DNA from: Paramecium tetraurelia
Lineage: Eukaryota
DNA: 64,000 bases
NCBI GenBank assembly: GCA_000165425.1
Contig: CT868658.1
Coordinates: 124,001-188,000 of the forward strand
Reading direction: 5' to 3'
Positions within the stretch are counted from its first letter, which is position 1, and each line of letters starts with the position of its first letter. Of this stretch, positions 27,143-41,301 are shown one piece after another. The translations under genes were made by a program, and so were the position numbers. The notes under the pieces are model-generated. The model did not search any database. It had not been told where the DNA came from and saw only the letters and a program-made list of their open reading frames with translations.

Positions 27143-30100
27143 ATGTCAGAAAGAGTTAAAGTAGCAGTTCGACTTCGCCCTTTAATTGAAGAGGAATTGA
27201 TTTGTAAGGACAAAACCATTTGTGTTGAAACTATTGATCCCAATAAAAAATTGATCATCAGTAAATCCCTCCATTTATTAATAGTCAAGAAGGATTTCGA
27301 GAAAAGACAGTTTCAATTTGATTCAGTTTTTGATCCTAAGGCTACCTAAAGTTAAGTTTACAATGATATAGCAAGAGGAGTTGTCGGAGTAAACTTATAA
27401 TCTATAATCAAAATAGAGTGTAATCAAAGGCTTTAATGGTACCATATTTTGTTATGGTCAAACCGGAACAGGCAAAACGTACACCATGATGGGTAAACTA
27501 GACTCCGATGAGAAGGGAATCACTCCACGCACTTTTGAATAAATATTTAATGAAATTCAAGCAGACACCAATAACATTTACACTGTGTAATTGGGTTATT
27601 TGTAAATCTACATGGAGATGGTATTGATTAGATGATAGTTTAGTTGCTGGATCTTATAAGACCTGACAATTAAGATGTAAAAATCAGAGAATGTCCTGAT
27701 AATGGAGTGTTTGTGTCGGGATTGGAATGGATGGAGGTTGAATCCCCTTAAGAATGTCTAAGCATTATGAATTTTGCAGAAAAAAACAAAGTGGTTGCAT
27801 TCACTAATCTAAATGCCCATTCCTCCAGGTCTCATTCGATGCTTGTAATCAAAGTAGACAAGAGATAATCTAAATAACATTCAAGATCTATGACTATTTC
27901 AAAAAAGCCGAGTTCCAAACTACAAAACTATTCACAAGATATGATCACAGAAACTGATGAAAGTATATTGCAATCTGGAAATTGTGTTGGAACCCTATAT
28001 CTTGTTGATTTGGCTGGCAGTGAAAGAATCAAGAAATCAAGAGCCACAGGGGATCGATTGAGTGAGGCCAGATCCATCAACTATTCACTTACAGCCTTAG
28101 GAAAATGTATCCATGCTCTCACAGGTCCTAAATCCACATTTGTTCCATTTAGAGATTCAAAATTAACTCGTATTCTATAAGATGCACTTGGTGGTAATTG
28201 TAAAACTGCATTGATTGTTAATGTTGGACCTGCTGGTAGACATGTGGAAGAAACTTTGTCTAGTCTAACCTTTGGAATGAGAGCCATGAAAGTTACAAAT
28301 ACTCCATAAATTAATCAAAATGTAGATTATGAAGTAACAATTCATACTTAACCCCATAGTAATTAAGTCTGTAACTCAAAATGGAAATTGAAATGAAAGA
28401 TGAGATCATTCAGAAATTGGAATCACAATAAGTGAAGTTGCTCCAATAAGTCAGAATGGAATCCAGCAACAGCAATCTTAGTAGTTCTGACCATCAATAC
28501 AAAGTTAAATTAGAAAAAGCAGAAGAAGAACATAAAGCATTTCTAGAGGAAATTGATAACATGATGGTAGAATAAGAATAAGAAAATGAAGAACTCAAAA
28601 AACAATTGGCACATGTCATGTAGGAATTGGATGAGTCTAAAAACAGAGAACAATCCTTAGAATAAGAAATTGAGGAGTTTAGGAATGTCCAATAGCAATT
28701 AGAGAATGAATTAGAGGATGCTTTAACAAATGTATTATGCTGTTATTAATATAATAGAAAAATGAATTTGCAGATACTATTAATCAGTTACAATAGAAAT
28801 TAGAATTGAAGGAAAGAGAAAATTAAGAATTGAAATAGACTACTGTTTTATCCACCAAAAATAATGATATCATTAAAATATCAAAGGAAAAGTAAAATTA
28901 GATGTGGAGATCAGAATTACAACAGATAACTTCACAATATGCCAATAAATTAGAAGAAGTAAAAAGGTTAGAGTTTTAATAATAAGAGAAAGAAAACAAT
29001 AATATAGTAGAATATAGATAACGAAACGAGGAACTTTGCTTATAGATTAAATAATACAAATATGAATTATCTCAATAAAAAGAATAAGAGTAATAATTAT
29101 TATAGAGTAATCTACAACTTGATGAATGTTTGTAACAATAAAAGGAATGTTTCCAAATAGAGTAATCTAAACTATTAACTTAAATTAAAGATCTTGAATC
29201 AGTCAATTGTGAAATTACAAAAAGGTTAGAATAATATGAAATCAAATTAAAAAAATAAAAAGACCAATAACAATAGAATGAATTTGCCTATCAACAGGAA
29301 TTAGATACTAAGAATGAACATCTCAACAAAATTTAAGGAGAATATTTTGAAATTTAAAAATAAATTGCTCTGATAAAGGAATAATATTCTACGATTTAAA
29401 CGATTAATTAACAAAAAGTTAAGTAACTTACTAATGACAATCAAATGCTTATCAACAAAAATGCTGACTATTAATTGTAATTCTAACAATTAATTGAAAA
29501 AAATAATGAGCTTTTACTATAAATTTAACAAAGCAAAAGCTCTCAATATCACAACTACAATCAAGGTTTAAATAATTCTAAAGTTGAATACTAGACTAAC
29601 TAATCCTATGTAAATGAACAAAATTTCGATATCGAATTGAAAAAATCAATTACTGTTTCTGGTGTCAACGAGGGGCAAATCGTTTTTGAATTGTAAATGC
29701 GAATTCAATAAATGGAAGATTACATCGATTAATTATAATCTTAGTTAAAACTAAAAGAAAACATCACAGATGAGTTGTAGTTAAGGTGTTCCTAGTAGTA
29801 GAAGGAAGCAGATTAACTGAAATTTTAAATGGAATCATTCTCTAAGAGATCCTAGTAATCTTTGTAAAGAATGGAAGAAACTATGTGTTAAGAAGTAGTT
29901 AGAAGTGTTTTAGAGAAGATGATATTTTAAGTCGAACTGAATTCGTTTGAATCAGATGATATTAGTAGTCGTGCTCCAGATAGTGATTTGAAGCTTCAGA
30001 TGAAATCATTTTCTAAATAAGAAAATGCCTAATTAGTTGAAAGTTTATTTATAAATTCTAGATAAAGTCAACACAATGCAATAGTTGAATGTGATGAAGA

Positions 30101-30684
30101 AGAAGATAATTCATCTGAAATTGATTATTAATTGCCTAAATTCAGCCAATCTGGTAAGAAGATCCAGTAATAATTGAGAATGTCAAAAAGTAGACAGGAT
30201 TCTGTATTTTCCTTTAGTGAAAAATAATAAAAGAAAGATGCTGTGTCTCTTTATGATGATTTAAGTGAAATCAACTAATAGTTTGATGCATAAAGCCCAA
30301 GATCACAGTTAGATGAGATTCAATTTTAAATTGATTTTAATGATGCCAATGCAGTTGATAAATTCATGTCATAAATAAAGTAAAAACAAGTGTCTCTAAT
30401 TCAAAATAATGACTTATCTGTAGGTTCAATATAATAAGCCCATAGTCCTTAGTACTTAGACAGTTTAAGTGAGAAGAAAGCGAAAATAAATTCAAGGTAA
30501 ATTTAATATTGATGATAGGATTGGGAATGAAGAATTATAAGAAGTCATTAAAGTGATGGCTTAAATGTTAGTTGAAAAAAGTAAGACTGAATAGACAGTG
30601 ACTAATAATACTTTGGAAACCTTAAGGGCTTCCCTATTGGATTTTAATAATTTGTGCAATACACTAACAACATACTTTTTGTGA
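27143..30684 (+). CDS. N-terminal motor kinesin with long coiled-coil stalk
   Basis: [47 protein letters not shown] and ETLSSLTFG motifs; TGA 30682-30684. Confidence 0.93.
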
Positions 30685-30819
30685 AAAAGTTTAATTTTTA
30701 TTTATTTTTTCAATTAAATAATTAATTAGCAGTGCATCATTTAAATGCTTATTTTATTATTAGTTAGTTTTTAATTTTTAATCGACATATGCACATTAGT
30801 ATTCACACTTTAAAATATA

Positions 30820-31825
30820 TCACAAATTGGCTTCTTCATCCAATTTTTGCCTCTTCATCCCAATCTAATCTAAAAGTTGCATCGACAAATTTTATATTTC
30901 TTTGCTATCATCACTCAAACTGTTCATTAAAATGAGGATCAAGTTGTTCTCAAAAGCGTTCAAATTTTAAATAGAAAAGTGCATCAACAATTCAGCAACT
31001 GCAATTAGAGTACCTTTTCTTACATCAGAGGATTTATCTAAAGAGAGATTCCTTAAATTATTCAAAACAATCTCAAGGAATGTTCCATTGGTCCTGCTCA
31101 GAAGAATAGGAGCTATACTCTTTTAAATATTTAATGAATTCTTACATCAACAGTAGCCTTTCTAATCTTCGTATGTGCGTGCTGCATATTTGTACTTAGA
31201 GATTTGACTGCTTCTCCCATATACTCTCCAATGGGTAACTTTTTTGATATTTCAGCTGCGAATATGGCTGCATCCTAAATGGTTACATATATTATGTACC
31301 TTTTTGACTTCTGGGAAATTGTCTTGAAGAGCTTTTCCGATCATATGTGCTAGTCTCTATAAATTATTGGAATAGGCTTCAACATGTTTGACTTGAATTT
31401 GATGTAACAATTTAATTAATGCTAATCGTATTTCTTCGCTGGTTTCTGCAAATGGCAATTGATTGAGTCGATTAATGATTGTATCAACGATTAGCCTGAG
31501 AGTCTCTGTATTAAAATGTTAATTGTGAAGATCAAGATAATTTAACACAATATTTATAGCAGTTTCTCTGTTTCTCTCTACCTGATCTTCAAACACTCTT
31601 AAGAGATTCTTAAGTGCATAAGCATCGAAAATATATATGCGCTCTGAAGGATTTGATTTGACTTTAAAGAAATCCTATAGTTTTGCCAATCCTTACTTCC
31701 TAAGATTTCTATCCTAAGATAATAGTAGAATCACTCACTTAATCAATGATACAATTAATATCTCTCTAGAGCAATTTAATTTAATCTTCGACGAAACTTC
31801 TATCAATATTTGGTTCGGTAAGCAT
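30820..31825 (-). CDS. DNAAF5: HEAT-repeat protein resembling the N-terminal part of DNAAF5/HEATR2
   Basis: LQRDINCIIDQDRNLRKQGL, FEDQVERNRE, ETSEEIRL, LQDNFPEVKK, HAHTKIR, DKSSDVR and LMNSLSDD; three introns; about 310 aa. Confidence 0.7.
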
Positions 31826-32017
31826 CTAATATACACTATTTTAATTAAAATGGCAAATCCATAAATAAAATTCGTATTAATATCTCTGAAATATTATGAT
31901 AATTGTTGATAATCATGGATATATCTATGAATCTAAAGGATTTTAATAATATTATATCCTATAATGAATATCAATATATCTTACAATGTATAATAATAAT
32001 AAATTAAGTATTATATT

Positions 32018-33253
32018 TCAAAATATAGATGTTTAATTAACGGTATCTAGGGCTGTTTTTAAATATGGAAGATTGCTGATATCTTTGTTTTCTAAATTCT
32101 TGATAATAACCTCAGTGGTTGCATTGATACTCATGATTCTGTCTCTTTCAAGTCGATATGTTTCACTATATGAATTCTTTTTAGTAAACTTTAGATTATT
32201 AAAATGATTGTTTTTCTATTATTATAATTAGGTATTCCTTTTGAGGATTTATTTGGGAGAGACACTCTTATATATTTATCTAAGTTCCGAATTTTTTTGA
32301 TGAACTTTAGGAAGAAGCGGTTTGAGTGTAAGTTACTCATTCCCCTATTGTTATTATTCAGGATTGTATTTTTTGATGATATCCTCTAGAGCATGCCTTA
32401 AATGATGTTCTTGAGGTAGACACTACTCTGATAATTGTAAGGCGGATTGAAATATTTTCTTGGATTCAAATTATAATTTTAGATGTTCCATTTCAACTCC
32501 CAAATTATGATATGCAACCACCAAAATAGACATTCTCTCTTGTACCTTCTTACTTTCATTACAATGAGATTTGACACTATTCACATATTAGACACTTGAC
32601 TATCTCGATGGGAAAGCTTATATAGTAGATCAAAGAGTACTTTGCTCATTTGGCTGATCTTATCTTTGCTCATGCTTTTAAAAGGATGAAATGAGTAATT
32701 CATGTTGCAACATGATGATTGACAAATAGATGTGTTGGATGGCTTCTTCGTGTCTTTCTAATTAGGAAAGAACTGCACAGAGATTTAGGTAGATGTCGGG
32801 GAGTGAAGTGGATTGTTTTTATCTAATTTAAGATTATGAATACTGTAATTCAATCGCCAAAGCCTATTGTAAATATTGAAGTGCAGTTCTAGTTTTGCCC
32901 ATCTTTCTATAATAGCAAGCCAAATTATTAAAAGTTTAAACCTATGTTATCGTTAAATCAAACCTTTAATTCGGGAACGTAAATGGTTGCCAATTCAGCT
33001 TTTCGCAAATATTCGATGCATTATTCATAATTTTATTTTTGCAGAGCTATGAGACCCTGCTGATTCAACAATTTGCACAAGATTTGATTCTATCTCATCA
33101 TCTAATGTTGTGTTAATTTGAATCACTTACTGTTAAATCATCCAAACCGTACATCGTTGTTCTTTTTAGAATCGAGTTCTCTAATTACTGAATGTACTTA
33201 TCAATCTTCCCCTCACTAAGATTTGTAATATCAATATTCTCGGTGTCTGACAT
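32018..33253 (-). CDS. TPR-repeat protein
   Basis: TFNNLACYYRKMGKTRTALQYLQQAL, IYLNLCAVLSQLERHEEA and VAYHNLGVEMEHLK. Confidence 0.8.
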
Positions 33254-33270
33254 TATAATTAATTAAATAA

Positions 33271-34205
33271 ATGAGTTCTCCAGACACCAATTCCAATAGA
33301 CATCAAACCAAAAAGAAGACCAAGCTTGACTCCAATAAATCTTACTCATTCTATGATTCCTTTGTAACCAGAAAAGACATCATCAAATTGGCCTCCTTGG
33401 AAACCCAAAACCAATAAAAGGAATTTCTTAAAACTGTCATCATACGATTTGAAGCCGGACACAAAAAGGGAGGAGTATTCAACTTCCCTGCTTATGAGCT
33501 CATCTCCTTTTAATACTATTAGACCTAAACCATATCAAAAGTAAATTGCATTTCATTTTATTGCTAGGCCACTGAAGAATCACAATAATAGTGTAAATTG
33601 GCTGTCTTTTCAGAATACCTCTTGTAGATGTACAATTACCTCAAAAATTACACATTTGAGTAGAAATCAACCTTCATGTCACTGGGATTCTACATCTTTG
33701 TGGAGAGTCTAGAACGCAAAATCACATAAATTGATTCCTACGAAATATTCAAAAAGTTACTCAGACCTAAGATACTATTGACTAATACACATCATTTACC
33801 CATTTTTACTCAAGAACACATCATGGAATTCAATAAATTCATGACAAGTTACTTTTACAGGTGATCTACCTATCTTTATTTAGATATTATTCGCTATATG
33901 AATTAAGAATGACCACTTATCAGGAAGTCAATATATTTAGTCGATTAAAAGGGGAAAATCCAGTCCAAGTCGAAAAAGAAGAAGACAAAGACTCCATCTA
34001 AGAAGAAGATGAATTCAATTTCAAAGATGTAGAAGTACATCTAGATGATGAAGTCTAACCTGAACAAGAAGTCAAGAAGATCAATGAAAAAGATGAAGAA
34101 TAGATTGAGAAGTTGCTAGGATAATATAAATTGAATTGGAACACAAGATTAGATGGTTCCCAATTATTATAAGAAGCAGAAAAAATATTAACAAAGAAAA
34201 AATGA
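33271..34205 (+). CDS. CFAP119/C1a-32 (CLAMP)-like central-apparatus protein
   Basis: FEQKSTFMSL...SYEIFKKLL...PIFTQEHI...YFYRYYSLY pattern with an acidic C-terminal part; two introns. Confidence 0.65.
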
Positions 34206-34446
34206 AGCAGTTTTTCATTCTATTTTTATTTCATTTATTTTACTTTGAATCTTTTAAACTTCCGCTTACTCCTTTTCTTGTTACAATTAATATCTCCAAA
34301 TCACCAGCTTATTTTAATATTATAAAAAGGAAATTAACATTTAGATTTAGACTTCCATTTCAGTTATCTTTTTAAAGAACTAGAATAATAAGAAGACGTC
34401 TATATGATCTAATTTATTATTTAAAATAATAAATAATCAATTTATA

Positions 34447-35370
34447 ATGTAAATGCTTTAAATGTTCTAATTTTATATATATGATGAATGTAATCGATAT
34501 AAATTTTAGTATAGGATAATAGGCATCTTATAGTATTAGATTTAAGATGTTCCGATAAATGTGTTCAATTATCAATACGAGGAAGTCTTTGTCTGCAATA
34601 GAATAACAATGTACATCTCTCATACTTAAGGTAGATCGATGAAATCTTAAGGGTTATGGATAGATTTAATTCAATCAATAATATGGAAAGAATAGTTATT
34701 GTTGACGATGACATTTAAGTTGTATTACAAAAAATCAAACAAATTGAAAATCTAATAAATAATAATAAGCTTAAAAATCTCAAGATTTTTTACTTGCAAG
34801 AAACAGTTGAGGAGTTTTTATTATAATATCCTATTTTTGTATTTAAAGTCTAAAATCAATTAAATATTTAAGATACCATATTACCTTAATTTCCATAATA
34901 ACTAATAAAAAACAAAATACTTTTGGGCAATAGTGAAAATTCCCGTTCTAAAAGTTAACTTCAAGTATTAGTTATTAAAACCATGATTGATTTCAACTTT
35001 TATAGCAATACAGAAAATTAATAATCAATTCAAGATGAGATTATGTATGTAAATTAGCCTATAGAAATAAATGGAACCTAAACTCTAAATATAAGAACTG
35101 TAGTTTAAACTATAAATAAATCTCCATAACCAGTGATGTTATGCTGTTAAGTAAAATAGATTGCTAAATAAAATTTAGGATAGTCATTCAATAACCATCG
35201 TTGTGGCTATTGGATACTTAATGAGTATCCAAAATTTGCATGTCCTTTATGCATCATTAAAAGTATTTTAACTGAGAGGCAACACGATAGTGGATAAGAA
35301 TTTTTACAATTAATTGTTGCTTTACAACTCTCGAGTTCTCAACAATAAACGAATTCAAGTAAAATAATGA
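34447..35370 (+). CDS. rhodanese + dual-specificity phosphatase-fold protein, likely inactive
   Basis: IYDELQD...LIVLDLR...SIRGSL and EEFLLQYP (rhodanese); FPQQLIKNKILLGNS and VMLCCQDSHSITIVVAIGYLM...FYNQL (DSP fold); introns 34490-34509 and 35151-35178. Confidence 0.7.
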
Positions 35371-35393
35371 CAGATATAAATAACAAATATGAA

Positions 35394-35969
35394 TCAGTTT
35401 AATAATTTCTTAAGTTTAAATTTACACTTGTTAAACTAAGGTTCTTGAGTGGGTATAATTTTTTGAATGACAGGATTTATTTAAGATATATAGTTACTTT
35501 TATCATTTGATGAGAGTGCCAAATTTTATAATTAACTATTTTATTATTAAGCTACCAACATACTCTATATACATTTTTATCGATTTTAATTGTTTGAGTT
35601 TTTCTTTGATGATTTTCGTGGTGCAGTGATAATCATCCTTTGTATAATTTTAGCATAAGTAGGAGTAGCAGCAGGTATTCCCAAATCTATAAATTAATTT
35701 TTTTGTTGACAACTCTTAGGTCTTTAAGGAGTATGCGGTGTTTCATTGCTTAATTACCTGGGTTGCATATGAGATTTTGATTATTTAGAATATATCAATC
35801 TGGTGTTTTGATTCTTTTTCTTTACCGGGACAATAATGGGCACATCCCAAGGTTCTGCAATAAACTCAGTTTCTAATTTTTAGAAAAATTGGTTTTTTAA
35901 AGGCATCTGTTAAGAGTCCCTTTTTGTGTGCTCTAAGTTCAACAAATCATACTGAGGATCATAAGACAT
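35394..35969 (-). CDS. hypothetical protein (191 aa, intronless)
   Basis: ATG 35969 to TGA 35394 open in code 6; basic/polar composition. Confidence 0.6.
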
Positions 35970-36561
35970 GAGATATTTATATTATTATTATTTTAAATCA
36001 TGCAACAATTCTAATTGTTAATAAACAATAATTTTATTATAAATAAATACCTTAAAATTGAAATTTAGAATTTAATAATTTATTTAGAGCTAATTTTATT
36101 ATCTAAATATTAAAGCTAAAAGTCAAATTAAATTCATTTAATCACATAAGTATCTGTATGTATATAAAGGTAATGAAGGTAAAGAGTAATGTGTCCTATT
36201 TAATACATACTCATTACAGTGATATAATTTTCTTCAAAAAAAGATAATATCATTTAGAAATTATAAATGAGAATTTAAGAAGAAACCAAATTGTAATTAA
36301 CTATTTCTCAGAATATATTAATTAATAAAGAATGAACATAGAATGCGATGATCTAAAGGTAATAAAATAATCTTCAAAATTATTATGAGGTTTAGATAGA
36401 GTTTTTTCAATAATCTTAAAATAATTAACTAAAAAAGAATGCATCAACCCGTGCATTAACGTAGAGATGATATAGAATACAATTAACTTCCTTAGATGAT
36501 GAAATGGGATTACTATATATATTAGAGTGAATCTCCTCTATCATTTTTACTCAATAACACT

Positions 36562-38035
36562 TCATTTCTATTGTTCGGCTTCCTTTGGTTGTATATCTTC
36601 CTTCCCAGTTTCAATTATCTTGCTCTGTAGAATTGGATTTGTTTCTTTCTCCTCAACACTCCAGATTTCAATGCATGTTAACTTAGTTTATTAAGTAGAA
36701 TTGGCATACATTTAAGAATTCAATATGTGGTTCTAATAGATAGCCCATCTCATAAGTGAGGTCACATTAGTTGTTAATTCTACAAGTAGCATTACCCTTA
36801 AGGTTTTCATCTAACCAAATTCTATGGTTTCCTTTTCCATCTCCTCCAAATGCTAATCCCAATGGTTGATCATTCCTAAATGATTTATTGTTTATATAAG
36901 CAAAACATTATTTTGACCTTTGATCAAAAGTACTCATAAATAGCTGATACTTTGGAAGCAGTGAGAAGAGGAAGCTCTTTTCATCACCAAAATACAAGCT
37001 CTTAGGATCGCTATCACCATAGAGGATATTCATGGGATCCTTCAATTTTCTCCTAATATGATGAGTTTCAAGTGATGGATCAATTGAAATATAAGCTCCA
37101 AAGACTTGTTGTTGGAAAGTGTCATTTTATGCTTTAGAAGATTGATATTAAATATTTACATTCATCTTCTCTATTTCTGAATATGAATAATAATGGTTTC
37201 TAAGCATTTATTACGATGTCTGCAATGTGATCCAAATCATCCTCACTTACAGATGATGAAAATTGTAATTATAATTATTTGATTTTACTGAAATCAGGAG
37301 AACTCAATTAAAGTAAGGCTAACACTTAATCATTCAAGATGAAACTGGAGGTGTTCAATCTTGGTATTTGAATTTGAGATTGTTCTCCCAAAAATTTCAT
37401 ATTAAAATAATATTTGCACAGTCTGTTAGCATAGATCAACTAAGCTTTGGCCATACTTACAAACTGATTGAAGGGCATTTCATCTTTTTGATCAAATATA
37501 GTATTTGTAACTGATCTGGCAGCCAAATCATTTCTCTATGAATTAGTTATTTAACCTCCAGAATAGATATTCAATAATTCCCTTATAACAATGCTCCCTT
37601 GAGAGTATGATACAGCAAATCTAAAATAACTACCATTAATTAACTACCTGTTAATGGAATCCTTATCATTTTCCAAACATCCCAAACTGATCAAGGCAAA
37701 CAATTCAAACTTTTCTAAATTTCTAAACTTATAGTCACTTAGATAGTAATCCTTCAATTCCTTAAGTAGCAACTCCACTAAAATCTTAACTAGAACTTAC
37801 ATAATGCAACAAAGTTAGCATAATCAACTGAGTGATTTGGACTTCTTTCGACCATCCAATTGAACAACTTGATCGAAAAGTCTGGATTTTCAGGGAAGCG
37901 AGGTAGAAAAGATCTTTCCACAAGATCTTTGCCTCCATTTAGTCCTGCAAACAACTTTTCTAATTATTACAGCTATTCAGGTGTGAAAGCAACCTTTGCG
38001 TGTTTAGTGATCTATTTAGATTTGGAATTTCCCAT
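36562..38035 (-). CDS. N-myristoylated TLDc-domain protein (MEAK7/TLDC1-like)
   Basis: MGNSKS start; QVFGAYIS, YFGDEKSFLFSLLP, GLAFGG...RIWLDENL and IEIW TLDc motifs; introns. Confidence 0.8.
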
Positions 38036-38092
38036 ATAAATTTATTGTAATTGTGAAACAAAGAATTTATATATATATATATTTATGACTAC

Positions 38093-39418
38093 TCACAATG
38101 CTCTACTAAAAGCTTAGATTCCTGTTATTCCTCTACCCAAAATTAAAGCATGAATATCTGATGCCCCTTCGTATGTATTCACTGTCTCTAAATTCACCAT
38201 ATGTCTAATCACCTGATATTCATCACTAATCCCATTTCCTCCCAAAATATCTCTGCATTCTCTGGCAATCTTCAAAGCAATTCCTAATCAATTATATTTA
38301 TCGTATATTACCACATGAATTTCTCTTAATTAATGATACTTGTTCTGTTGCTAATTAATCATTCTCCTTCAATCTGCTCACCTATAAAACCGCTTATTAG
38401 GCCAAGGCTATGTCAGTAGTCATTTCAGCAAACTTCTTCTAAATCAATTGGAAAGAAGCCAAATTTGCATCAAATTACTTTCTATCCAAGGCATATTGAC
38501 GAGTATGATGAAAACAGAATTCAGCTGCTCCCAAAGTTCCCCATGCAATTCCAAATCTTGCATTATTCAAACAGGAAAATGGACCTTTCAATCCTTTCAC
38601 TGTAGTAAACATATTTTCTTAAGGGACTTTTACATTGTCCATAATAATCTACCCTGTTATTGAAGATCTTAATGATAACTTCCCTTCTATCTTTGGTGTA
38701 GACAGACCTTTCATTCCCTTCTCTAATACAAATCCTCTTATGTCTCCCTTTTCATCCTTTGCCCAAACCACAAATACATCAGCTATTGGCGAATTCGTAA
38801 TCCAACTCTTAGTACCATTCAATATGTAATAATTGTCCTTCTTCTTTGCATGAGACTTCATAGACCCAGGATCAGAACCTATAAATGAATTATCTTTACT
38901 AATATACCATGATCAGGTTCAGTTAAACCAAAAGCACCAACAAATTCTCCACTTGCTAATTTTGGAATGTATTTATCTTTAAGTTCCTTTGATCCAAACT
39001 GATATATTGGATGTATCACTAAAGAACTTTACACTGAAAGAGCAGACCTATAACCAGAATCTACTCGCTCAATCTCTTTGTTTATTAAACCATATGCAGT
39101 ATAGGAAACCCCAGAAAGGTCATATTCTGAAATTGTGCATCCCAAAAATCCCAATTTTCCCATCTCTTTATATATTTGAGGGTCGAAATGTTCTTTACGA
39201 TAAGCCTCTTAGATTCTTGGCTGCAACTCTGATTATGCATAGTTGGATGCTTAATCTCGAATCTTAAGAATGATTATATAATTTACTAGTTTTTCCTCAC
39301 TTGTGAGTTAACTTTCCAAGTTCAAGGGGTCCTTAAAATTAAACGCCACAAATTTCTCTGAAGCAAAAGATTTAATTGGTTTAGTGAGCAATGATTTTAA
39401 TAAATTGCATTTACGCAT
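38093..39418 (-). CDS. GCDH: glutaryl-CoA dehydrogenase, mitochondrial
   Basis: [58 protein letters not shown] and [16 protein letters not shown]; basic presequence. Confidence 0.95.
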
Positions 39419-39751
39419 TTCTGTTAATTATTTTTACTTATATATAATCCCGACAAAAGTTTTAAATATTTTTTTTATTTCCAAAGGAGATGGAGATCTT
39501 ACACATAACTAAATATAATTTACATTATATTTAGTTATTAAGAATAATATTTATTAAAAATATCAGAATATAGAAAAGAGGGTAAGAAGTCTAAATTTTC
39601 TTCATTATTATAGGAGTATGTGATTCCAATTAACAGTAACAAAGAATATCTCTCATTGAAATAGGAATTATCATAATTTGTTGGATATTATTCTATTAAT
39701 AGGTTTTATAAAAATAATAGAAAATATATTGCAAATTAAATAAAATAACAA

Positions 39752-40372
39752 ATGAGTGTGTTATGCTTACAATCAATAAATGATGATGATGTTGAGATAA
39801 TAGATTACCAATCTAACTTTAAAATCTGTACAATATAAATAAAGAATTCTGCAAATTATAATGTATGGCAAAAATAGCTCTAATATTTATCCCATCGTCC
39901 TTTTGAATAAAAATTCAATTTTGGTAATCAAGAAGAGGATATTGATATACAAATAAAGGGAAAATAATAACATGCCGAACTAATTGTGTCGGATAACAAA
40001 TTAGTCTTAAAAAACAAGGAATAATAGCATCTTATCTATCAATTAATGCAAAGATAAATTATTTAAATGGAAAAAGTGATAAGAATTAACTAATACTCTG
40101 TGAATTTTGATAAGAAAAAGAAAGTGATACAACTTTCGAATCGTTTAAATAGTGTTCATTCAATCTAACTGAATTAAAGTAAACAAAACTTGATGATGGA
40201 TGGAACTTGTCTTGGGGTGGTGTATTAAACTTCGGATGGAGAAGTGCAATATCAAGCAAACTCAATGCAAGCGTATTGTAAAATATAGTAAAATGAAGAA
40301 GTGGAACTTCAAAATTCATAAAATTTTCAACTGGGAAACACTTAATTCTACATCCAATACTCATTTAGTTGA
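39752..40372 (+). CDS. hypothetical protein, possibly a divergent FHA-like beta domain
   Basis: 206-aa ORF MSVLCLQSINDDD...FNFGNQEEDIDIQI...HAELIVSDNKLVLKN...FQLGNTQF. The frame is also open upstream, so the start is uncertain. Confidence 0.5.
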
Positions 40373-40419
40373 ATCTTATCTTCATTTTGTATATTATACT
40401 CTTATATATTTCAGAAACA

Positions 40420-40968
40420 ATTTTCAAAATCCATTTAACTTGTCTTTGTATTTATCATCTGGCTCAAAAACAAATATAGATTCTCAAGGGTTGATGTAAT
40501 TTTCATTACCTTAGATAAGTTTGAACAAGCTCTAGCTCTTATTTTTGTTTGAAAATTCAGAAATTCCAATATCGATTATGGAAGTCTATCAACTTTTCAC
40601 TAATAAATTAGCAATATTTTCTATAATTATATTGGGTTTCTTTGACTGGATTGAACTCTGAATTCTAATGAGAGCATAAACAGATCTCTATTAAATTCAT
40701 CGAGTCCTATCTGAAGTCGTTATTCTATTGATTTAAAAATAAAAGAAAATTTTATCTAATAATTTTTCAAAGTATTGCAACAGTACTAAACCTATAGAAA
40801 CTCCTAAATGATGAGCGTCTTTGATATTAATAATTGGATAAGTAGTTAAAATAAATTCTTAAGTTCATTAAAATTCAAAAAACCTCCTTTACCTTAATCA
40901 TATATTTCGAATGGTTATTCCATACCAGAACTCATGACTTAAATAATCTAATATAATTATTTGCTCAT
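40420..40968 (-). pseudogene. degraded EF-hand-repeat remnant
   Basis: FEIYDQGKGGFLNFNELKNFI resembles the EF-hands of the adjacent kinase; downstream pieces (QIGLDEF) lie in other frames with TGA stops; boundaries approximate. Confidence 0.35.
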
Positions 40969-41301
40969 ATTAGTTAGAAATCTACTTTATAATAATAATA
41001 ATTATTTTTAAATATTTCTACCAACTTAAAAAATCTTCAGTAATTCTTGATTAAAACCTTATTCCAATCCTCTTTCTTCATTCTCAAACACTTCCTGATG
41101 AATCATCACTCTGAAGTACTCTAAATCACTATGAATTGTTCAGTTTAAGTCTTGCAAAGAACCAAAACATACCAAATGCTAAACAAAGTAGTACTTCCAG
41201 TTGAATTCTTTTTAACTTATTTCCATTTTGGCTTATTAAAATATATAAACACTGATTCAATCTATTCTATAATGTTTACATCAAATAAATATAAATCAAA
41301 T

